64,000 nt of DNA from Tubiluchus corallicola (lineage: Eukaryota > Animalia > Priapulida): positions 44,437 through 108,436 of the forward strand of contig JAQGDQ010000714.1 of assembly GCA_030141605.1 (NCBI GenBank), read 5' to 3'. Positions 55,417 to 64,000 of this stretch are shown here, piece by piece. Position numbers and translations under genes: made by a program. Each line of letters starts with the position of its first letter. The stretch's first letter is position 1. The notes under the pieces are model-generated. The model was not told the DNA's origin. It did not search any database and worked only from the letters and a program-made list of their open reading frames with translations.

Positions 55417-55785
55417 ATGTGAAATGCTAGCATAACGGCTGTGTGAAGTGCTAGCACAACGGCTGCGTGAAATGCTAGCACAACGGCTGCGTGAAATGCT
55501 AGCACAACGGCTGCGTGAAATGCTAGCACAACGGCTGCGTGAAATGCTAGCACAACGGCTGCGTGAAATGCTAGCACAACGGCTGCGTGAAATGCTAGCA
55601 CAACGGCTGCGTGAAATGCTAGCACAACGGCTGCGTGAAATGCTAGCACAACGGCTGCGTGAAATGCTAGCACAACGGCTGCGTGAAATGCTAGCACAAC
55701 GGCTGCGTGAAATGCTAGCACAACGGCTGCGTGAAATGCTAGCACAACGGCTGCGTGAAATGCTAGCATAACGGCTGCGTGAAAT
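55417..55785. repeat. 24-bp minisatellite, about 15 nearly identical copies
   Basis: Unit GCTAGCACAACGGCTGCGTGAAAT. Confidence 0.97.
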
Positions 55786-56264
55786 TGAACCGAGTTTCAG
55801 TATTTCGAATTCGAATCGAGTTTGAAAGATTTTCGAACAAGTTTTCGAACCAGTAGTAAAAAGTGGTGAACCTGAAAATTTTCATTAAACTTTAACAGTC
55901 ATTGCAGCTTTTAGTTTGTGGCTGTACACTGATCAAATACTGGTTATAGCAGAGTAGCAGCCTCTCTTTTAAACCACGTTCTACAATAACAGACATAGTG
56001 TTGATGTGATAATGATAAAATGGCAACACTTTGGAATCAACATTTTTAGGACAAAGTTGATAATGAAATAGCTTAGCCGTTAAACATGCAAGATGAGTTT
56101 GATGCGATAGTATGGCTTCCCCCCTGCAGAAATGTATCCTGGGCCGAAACCCTGGTTTCAACAGGTGAATCACGAAAAGGTTGCAGCTTCCGTACGTTTT
56201 GGCACTACCCAAAGCAAGTAAATAGGAATTTCAATGCTGTCAGAAAAAAATCGAACTTAAGACA

Positions 56265-57000
56265 GCACAGTGAATTTTACTTTGCAATTTGGATTAAATT
56301 GCCTATACAAAAAAGTGGTAAACAATGTGAAAACAATGACGACTTTTCATACTTTCAAAACAATGATGACTATTCATACTTTTAAAGCAACTTAAAAGCA
56401 ATGGCGACTTTTCATACTTTCAAAACAGTGATGACTATTCATACTTTTAAAACAACGTAAAAACAATGGTGACTATTCATACTTTTAAAATGACGTGACA
56501 ACAATGGTGACTATTCATACTTTCAATGTAAGGAACCTTAAGTTACCACGCTGCATTATAACTGGCAAAAAAGCCATAGATTAGTTATAATCTAAATAAT
56601 AAGCATTGTTTTCACATTGTTTTAAAAGTCTAAACAGTCGGCATTGTTTTATAAGTCTGAACAGTCAGCATTGTTTTCACATTGTTTCAAAAGTCTGAAC
56701 AGTCAGCATGTTTTCACATTGTTTTAAAAGTCTAAACAATCGGCATTGTTTTCACGATGTTTTAAGTCTGAATAATCGGCATTGTTTTCACATTGTTTCA
56801 AACATCTGAACAGTCAGCATGTTTTCACGTTGTTTTAAAAGCCTAAACAGTCCGCATTGTTTTCACGTTGTTTTAAAATTCTAAACAGTCGGCATTCCTT
56901 TCACATTGTTTTAAAAGTCTGAACAATCGGCATTTTTTCACATTGTTTTTGCCAGGCAATTTAACCCACAGAGGAAAAAGTAACCACAATTCACAGTAAG
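56265..57000. mobile_element. Foldback-like element with inverted arrays of short tandem repeats
   Basis: Left array (AAAACAATGRYGACTWTTCATACTTTT) is the reverse complement of the right array (AAAAGTCTGAACAGTCGGCATTGTTTT); outer arms share GTGAATT..TTACTTT..TTAAATTGCCT..CAAAAA. Confidence 0.65.
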
Positions 57001-57241
57001 TCAAACATGAGCCTATCCTCCATTTTCGAACTTAAAAACAAACAATAGACAGTCGTTCCGTTCATTTCACGCCGTACATGTACACAACAAGAGAATGACT
57101 AGAACTAAGCAAGGTAAAAAGTAAGTACAATAATATAATAAAAGTTACACTGCTTTCGCAAATGCGAGCTGCAGAGCTTTGGTAGAATAAGTACAAAAAG
57201 GTATAATCAACACAGAAGTTTGTCATTAAAAATCAGAACTA

Positions 57242-57706
57242 TAGGTTTCACATGTCAAATGTAGACCGACGTTAACTCAAATGTAGATTTAGGTAATTCA
57301 AATGTGTCTTGGTAACTCAAATGTAGACTTTGGTAGTTCAAATGTAGACTTAGGATTTTGAATGTGTTTTGGTACTCAAATGTGACTTAGGTAAGTCAAA
57401 TGTAGATGCGGTTCCTTGGGAAGTGATGCTGCCGATAGTACCATGACCATAAAATATAATTTTAATTTCGTTTTATCTTTTCGTAATTTGCACTTAAATG
57501 AGTTAATTACCGATTTATTCAAAGTACCGCATCTACATTTGACTTACCTAAGTCACATTTGAGTTACCAAAACACATTCAAAATTCCTAAGTCTACATAA
57601 GTCACATTTCAGTTACCAAAACACATTCGAAATTCCTATGTCTACATTTGACTTGCCTAAGTCACATTTGAACTTTCCTGTGTCTACATTTGACGTGTAA
57701 AACCTA
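57242..57706. mobile_element. Same MITE family, opposite orientation
   Basis: TA|TAGGTTTCACATGTCAAATGTAGAC...GTCTACATTTGACGTGTAAAACCTA|TA. Confidence 0.85.
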
Positions 57707-58526
57707 TACAACAATACAGTAGAACAAATGAATTTAAAACTCCATTTGTACAAGACTGTGCTGTATTGTCAACTGGGTGTCAAATGTGCATTTTGTACCA
57801 ACCATCAATTTACCTATAAGTCACAACCAAACCCAACAAATTAAATACTTTAGAACTGCCGAATATCAGGTATTAAACTTTTTTTGTAAAATAAAACCAT
57901 TACACAAAAAGAGCAGAGATCATTTTTTAAAATATGCACACACGTATATGTGCCTGCAAACCAAAACCATCCATAAGTCGGCATTGTTAAAACTACGTTA
58001 TGATGCTTCAAAGTAGAATGCACAAAAATTTTGGTCAAATTTCGATTTTTATTTCTTATAAAAACAAATGCTAAATATATTGGACTTTTATATTCTAGCA
58101 TCAAGTTATCAAGAAAATGTCCAAAAAATACTAAAAATCTAATTTTATAACTCCTTACCCACTTTTCTGTTTAGAAACTAGTACTGCAATTGTAAAAAGA
58201 ACTGTCTAACTCCGATTGTAGCTCGTGGAAGCAGCCATTTTGCTTCGAGTTTTTTCTGTTGACAAGACCAGATCATCCTACTGCGCTTAAACCTAACTTG
58301 AATTTGCTCTTGCAAAGTCCATAGCAACCACACTTTCGTGCGGTTGCTAAGTGTATTGTAGAGACGCGACGAAAAACAATGGCCTGACTTTAACAGCGAT
58401 TTTCTCAAGGTTAAGTTTTTCAATACGCAGCCTGCACCTCAACTTCAATGTGGATTATCTCCGCTTAGAAATAACATAGAGCGATGAACTTGGTATCAAA
58501 ATGATCCTCATGAAAAGCAGATTCAG

Positions 58527-58561
<35 letters not shown>

Positions 58562-59391
58562 TACACATATATATATAAATATATATATATATATACACAT
58601 ATATACACATATATAAATATATATAAATATATACATGAATAACTAGAAAAGTTTAGTTGCCGAGTTATGGAGTATATATTAACATTAGTGTTTATTTATT
58701 TATGTTGTCCCCTTTTTTCTTTGACCTAGATGTCTATAAAGAGTAGGTTCACAGTGGTGCACTAAAATGTTGAGCCCTTTTCGATTTTCTTGCTATAGTA
58801 TTTTTCCATAAATTCTTCCATCTGTCATACGGATATTGGTATTTGGTAATATATAAGTACATACTAATGAATAACTAGAAAAGTTTAGTTGCCGAGTTAT
58901 GGACGATTTTGCTATGCAAGCAGACATATAACCAAGTTTGTGCATTCTAGAAATACAACGCATAAAAGCAAAACCCTGAAAACCATCCACTACCAAAATA
59001 AAGAAATATTATGCCATAATACCAGAAGTGTTGAAAACAAAGAAAAATATCATCTTTTTTGGGAGTTAAATTACTTTCTTTGAACTTTTACCTTGAAAAG
59101 TGTCGCTCGGTCAAATTTGTCACGTTAAGAAGTCGTTCTCATAAGGTAAAGTTCACATAAATAATCTAATCTAATTCTATTGGTTTCAAATGGATCAAAT
59201 GAATCAAATCGCTGGGTTCAATACGTCAAAATCGATAGCATTAACTAATATCACTGTACTCGTAGTTACGACAATAATCGTCATACTGATTAAAAGAAAA
59301 CACTTGGTTCAACCATATCTAACCAATGTAGTCACAACTTTGTGCCGCATGATCGCCGTCGTTGTCTCCATTATCAACATCACTGCCGTCT

Positions 59392-59467
59392 TCAATCCGT
59401 CACCACGGTGACGAGAAACATAACGGCCACGCCGAAAAGAAGACATGCCACTTGTTTTAACGATTCC
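59392..59467 (-). CDS. SLC39A13: Zinc transporter ZIP13, last coding exon (TM8 and stop)
   Basis: ttttttcag acceptor; completes the split codon AG|G, then ESLKQVACLLFGVAVMFLVTVVTD-TGA, resembling the ZIP13 C-terminus SLQQLLLLCAGIVVMVLFSLFVD. Confidence 0.93.
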
Positions 59468-59627
59468 CTGAAAAAACAGATACATATCACGCTTTGAAAA
59501 TGTCAAACATAAGAGTTTAAGCAATGCTTGCATGAATATGCTTACATGGAAAAGGCACGGACACTCTCCACTTTTACGCGGACAAAATATGGACATAAGT
59601 GCTTGAAAACTTGACCGTACGGCAGAC

Positions 59628-59747
59628 AACTACGGCCATATCACGTTGAAAACACCGGTTCTCGTCTGATCACCGAAGTTAAGCAACGTAGAGCCTGGTT
59701 AGTACTTGGATGGGTGACCGCCTAGGAATACCGGGTGCTGTAGGCTT
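59628..59747 (+). rRNA. 5S rRNA-like sequence (SINE head)
   Basis: AACTACGGCCATATCACGTTGAAAACACCGGTTCTCGTCTGATCACCGAAGTTAAGCAACGTAGAGCCTGGTTAGTACTTGGATGGGTGACCGCCTAGGAATACCGGGTGCTGTAGGCTT; A and C boxes intact; followed by GCGGG rather than TTTT. Confidence 0.9.
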
Positions 59748-59831
59748 GCGGGATGCCCACACTGTGTCTCGACACTAGGCGGAGGAGCTGCACAAGCAGC
59801 CAACGGCTAGAGGGCGGAGGAGGTCAAGTGA
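59628..59831 (+). mobile_element. 3'-truncated copy of the 5S/RTE SINE in the last SLC39A13 intron
   Basis: Near-intact 5S head followed by the same first ~85 bp of body as copy 1 (GGATGCCCACACTGTGTCTCGACACTAGGCGGAGGAGCTGC...). Confidence 0.88.
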
Positions 59832-60479
59832 TGAATCTTAATAGGGCCAACATTCGAATTCTTTACAAAGTTGTCCTGGATACGTCTTGTCAGTACAAAT
59901 ATTTTCTTTCTACTGAGTAACGACTAGCAAGATGTATGAAATGTCCAACTAGTGTTCAAAATATATTAATGAGAAAGCCAACTGCACGCCTGTCTAAATT
60001 CATTCAATCAAGTTTACGACGGGTAACACTGTATCCACTACAAAGTTAGGGACATTTCTACTTTGGACAACACGGATTAATACTACACTCCACTGACTCT
60101 TTGTAGCTATAAATCAATAACCTACTAGGTTTAACGGACGAGTGTAACGTAAAAACAAATTTTCACACAGTTTCACATTTCTCTCATATATTAATCAGTA
60201 AAGACATTCTGCAATCTATAATCCAGTACTCCGCGACATGGCCTACTTACTGTGGATGGTTGTAACAGGATTCACTATTAAGGCTAATCCTCTAACATGA
60301 GCCACTGAACCAGCAAATGTGTCTTAGTCGCGTTTAGGACAAATGACCATGGTAGATAAAACTGCCAGACTGAGTATCGAACTCGGCACTCGCCACTCTC
60401 TATGTTACTTGACTCGGCCAACAAGCACACACCATGACCACTCAGCTATTCCTCACGAGACAGCACTTTCTGTTCTTAC

Positions 60480-60649
60480 CTCGGTCGCTTCTCGTCCATG
60501 AGATCCGGCAGCACGGTGACCAGTGCAACGTTAAGAAACCCCCCGGAGGTGAACGGTAGGATCCACGCCGTCCGATCTCCCAGCCCCTCCGCCGAGTCGA
60601 CGGACAGCGCGGCAATAGCACCAATCAACCCTCCTAGAGCGGTAACCAT
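60480..60649 (-). CDS. SLC39A13: Zinc transporter ZIP13, penultimate coding exon (TM6-TM7)
   Basis: ttttttag acceptor and gtaaga donor; 170 nt; [56 protein letters not shown](R), resembling ZIP13 '[24 protein letters not shown]'; in frame with both neighbouring exons. Confidence 0.95.
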
Positions 60650-60876
60650 CTAAAAAACAAAAAAGAGAAAGTGTTAAAACTCTGAAAACAAAACAAATTC
60701 ATAATTAAAACAACTTTTTCCAGTTATTTTCTGCCTGCCAAATGTAAGAAAGCAAAAGAAGCCAAAGACGCAAAAGAAGCCTGCCAACGTACAATACTGC
60801 ATGGCTTCATCAAGTCAAGATTTTCATCATACGAAAGGATGCCCTTTAACTCACTGTTGCGGAGATCGCCGGCATC

Positions 60877-61205
60877 TGTTAGAATTACATGGAACATTGT
60901 AGAATGTTCCGTTAGAATAACCGTCTTACCGCGTAGAATGTTCTGGAACAAAACCTCTAGAAGCTTCTCGGGTGCGCTAAGGCGAAGCAGGCCGCTGACA
61001 AGGAGGCACGCAGATTCACACAGATTCACACTTACACATTCTCTTGTATACTTACATTTTCAGATACACTCAAACGTTTTTCAGATTTTCACGTTTAGTG
61101 TAATCATTTCGCGTTCCTTCATACTTTTGTGTTGTAGAATTCTCGCTTAATAAACTAGTTCTATTTGACGAAGTGATTTCTGGAAGACCCACACAATCTG
61201 TTACA
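60877..61205 (+). mobile_element. Possible solo LTR in an SLC39A13 intron
   Basis: TGTTA...TTACA ends, AATAAA at about 61149; imperfect CATC/TATC flanks; boundaries uncertain. Confidence 0.3.
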
Positions 61206-61309
61206 TATCTAGCATTCTGGAAGTGTCTGCAGTCAACAAAATAAGCCTGTTGCCGTACTGCTGCACTTTGTCATTGAAATTCATCCTTTGATTTTTTTAC
61301 AATTTACAC

Positions 61310-61490
61310 TAACTTGAGAAGGGCAGCAGACTTGATGACCAATTGGTCTTTCGCTGCCCTTTCTCCTGCATGCCCTAAGTCTTTCCTTTATGCATAATTT
61401 ATCCTGACTAATTAATGACTATAGCAATTACAGCCTATTTGTACTCTGGTGTGCATGAGGAGATAAATAAAAAAAATGTCTATGTCTATG
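61310..61490 (+). mobile_element. LINE 3' end, family B
   Basis: AGGGCAGC...GACCAATTGGTC...GCTGCCCT hairpin, AATAAA, TGTCTATGTCTATG tail. Confidence 0.65.
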
Positions 61491-61527
61491 AATGCAGTTT
61501 TTTGAGCCATGATCTTTTGGTGACCTT

Positions 61528-61812
61528 CCGTACATGGCTTCAGTCACAACCCAAAGTTATCATAATATTCTGAGCTTGTTTTAGTAATTTCATTGATCAG
61601 TTTAATCCTTGCTTTGTATTTTCTGTACTACGACTTCCTGATAACATTTCGTACATGGCTTCACTCACAACCCAAAGTTATCATAATATTCTGAGCTTGT
61701 TTTAGTAATTTCATTGATCAGTTTAATCCTTGCTTTGTATTTTCTGAACTACGACTTCCTGATAACCTTTCGTACATGGCTTCACTCACAAACCAAGGTC
61801 ATCATATTATTC
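61528..61812. repeat. About 120-bp tandem repeat x2.4
   Basis: CGTACATGGCTTCACTCACAACCCAAAGTTATCATAATATTC recurs three times. Confidence 0.85.
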
Positions 61813-62700
61813 CGATGCTTATGCTAGTTTAAACTGGTACACTTAACTTTTCACCTTTTCATAATCATCATCAATCGCTGGAACTGTGAAAAGGCTTATT
61901 AATAAAAGTAAATCATACACTGATGTCACTAAGTCGCAAAATGCGTAAACGTTGCAGTTAAATAGATGAATTGCACGTCAATGTCGTTCGATAGCATGTG
62001 CACTTCTTTTAGTAAATTAAACATAATGGTGGTAGATGTTATTTACCTTCTGTTTGCTTTAAACGTGGAACGTGCAACATTGACTTTTCCTTGCATAAAA
62101 ATTGTTAAAAAGAAACGTTTACAGTTAGTCATATAACCACTTTAATAGCCAAGGTATTAAACGGATCGTATTTTGGTGAGAAGTTGCTGTGCAATAGTTC
62201 ATTATAGGTGTAGTTTCTCTTGGTTATCTGTTTGTAGTGAAAAAAGTACAGGTTCAGGACCTGCATAACTGTGAGAGAATTTGAATTAAATAATCACTGA
62301 CTTCTTTTCACACCATATTAGGGAGTCCCTTTTTCTCATGATGACAGAAACGTGATGATGTTATATTCAGTTGAACTTACTCACATCTTAGTTTTTACAA
62401 TCATCCGCCCCAAAAGAGTTGTCAGGTACTCGTATAAGTTGAATTGTTAAAGAGACACTGTGACTTTCTGAGGCGCACACCAAGAGTTAGAATGTTTTAA
62501 TATAACTTATGGACAATGTGGGTCATTTGGTTGATACAGTCAATGCCACATCTTACACATGTTCTTGTATTTTCTTCAGAAGGTAGCCTTGAATGCTTTA
62601 TTGTGAACCTACAATTTTTTGACACAACACCACAACTGATACACGCTGTGGGTTCGAGATTACAAGCACTATACTTACAGTAGTTATTATCGTTATTTAC

Positions 62701-62814
62701 CTGCGCTTTTGCAGCAGACCACCGGGAAAATCCCGACCGCAGCAGAATCGCAAAGTCGCCGATTTCGTGAGGTATTTCGTGTATTAAAATCGCACATGTT
62801 GTAATCAGACCAAC
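62701..62814 (-). CDS. SLC39A13: Zinc transporter ZIP13, internal coding exon (TM5, LIV-1 motif)
   Basis: tttttag acceptor and gtaaat donor; 114 nt, phase 0/0; translates VGLITTCAILIHEIPHEIGDFAILLRSGFSRWSAAKAQ, containing the HEXPHEXGD motif of LIV-1 ZIP transporters. Confidence 0.95.
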
Positions 62815-63353
62815 CTAAAAACATAAATTTGTTCTAATTCTGTGTTTAACACAGTGAAATTATGAAATTAGCATTCCAAAATTTACCAAATAAATATACA
62901 CAGATGAAAGATGGAAGAATTTATAAAAAAATACTACAGCAAGAAAACCGAAAAGGGCACAACGTTTTAGTGCACCACTGTGAACCTGCTCTTTATAAAC
63001 ATCTAGGTCAAAGAGAAAAGGAGACAACACAGAAAATAAACAAACACTAATTTACTTTAATGTTAATATTATAAATGTAATAAAACTAAATAATGTTATA
63101 ACACTAAAACTAAAAACAAAACAAAAACATGCAGAAAAAAACAAAATATCAAAAAAGTAACAGCAATATTAAGACTAAGTAGGTAACCTAAAAGTACAAT
63201 TACTAGTAAACAGGCTACTGGTATACAAAACCAGATTAAAGCAAAAAGTTGTAATGTGATAAACAAACAGCATTAAAGCAATAAAGCTACTTGTGTGTGA
63301 ACCAAGTTATAGAATGTGAGCTTAAATACACTTGATAACACACTTTTGTGCAC

Positions 63354-63611
<258 letters not shown>

Positions 63612-63622
<11 letters not shown>

Positions 63623-64000
63623 GCAGCTAACACACCACAAGAAGTTTATATATACAGATAAGTACTAGCAAATGACTGCTGATATATATATATATATATG
63701 TATGTATATAGGAAAGAGAAAGATATATATATATATTATGAAAAGATATGGTAGATATGGTAGATAAGTACTAGCAAATGACTGCTATATCTATATATAT
63801 ATATATATATATAGATATATATATATATAGCAGTCATTTGCTAGTACTTATCTACCATATCTTTTCATAATGTATATATATATATATATATATCCTTCTC
63901 TTTCCTATATACATACATATATATATATATCAGCAGTCATTTGCTAGTACTTATCTGTATATATAAACTTCTTGTGGTGTGTTAGCTGCAGAGAGAGAGA
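63612..64000. repeat. Large palindrome centred on (TA)n at about 63806, running off the window end
   Basis: 63612-63786 is the near-exact reverse complement of 63829-64000. Confidence 0.95.

Larger units (their letters stand above)
53650..59391 (-). other. SLC39A13: Possible long 3' UTR of SLC39A13 (end uncertain)
   Basis: Follows the stop codon; U/G-rich on the minus strand; AATAAA at 53665-53670 (minus). Earlier poly(A) sites cannot be excluded. Confidence 0.3.

Noticed and set aside
55338-55771. (MLAQRLRE)n and (VLAFHAAV)n ORFs
   Set aside because: A 24-bp minisatellite open by chance; no synonymous variation between units.
59718-59831. HDV-like ribozyme at the 5S/body junction (CCGCCTAG can pair with CTAGGCGG; GTGTC/GACAC hairpin)
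   Set aside because: RTE 5' ends can carry HDV-like ribozymes, but I could not build P1.1, L3 and P2 convincingly by eye; an RNArobo or Infernal search would be needed.

Overview
Repeat-rich, AT-rich animal genomic DNA. The 5S sequence type suggests a lophotrochozoan, probably mollusc-like; this is inference. The only securely identifiable host gene is SLC39A13/ZIP13 (LIV-1 family zinc transporter): its last three coding exons lie on the minus strand at 62701-62814, 60480-60649 and 59392-59467. A probable second minus-strand gene starts near 51.7 kb (promoter-like region with a donor site), and a 24-nt microexon candidate at 22279-22302 reads VFGIPLQQ, a RhoGAP-start-like motif. The rest is transposon debris and tandem repeats: hAT, piggyBac, Kolobok-like and pogo MITEs with TSDs, CR1/L2-type and RTE LINE remnants, and many micro- and minisatellites. 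Highlights: (1) a three-copy 5S rRNA-headed SINE with an RTE-derived 3' end and TSDs; (2) tandem arrays born inside LINE remnants (137-bp x18 hairpin satellite, 43-bp array from ORF2 codons); (3) a foldback-like element; (4) a palindrome running off the window end. Nearly all ORFs in the supplied track are repeat artefacts. Coordinates were counted by eye; TE ends without TSDs are approximate.
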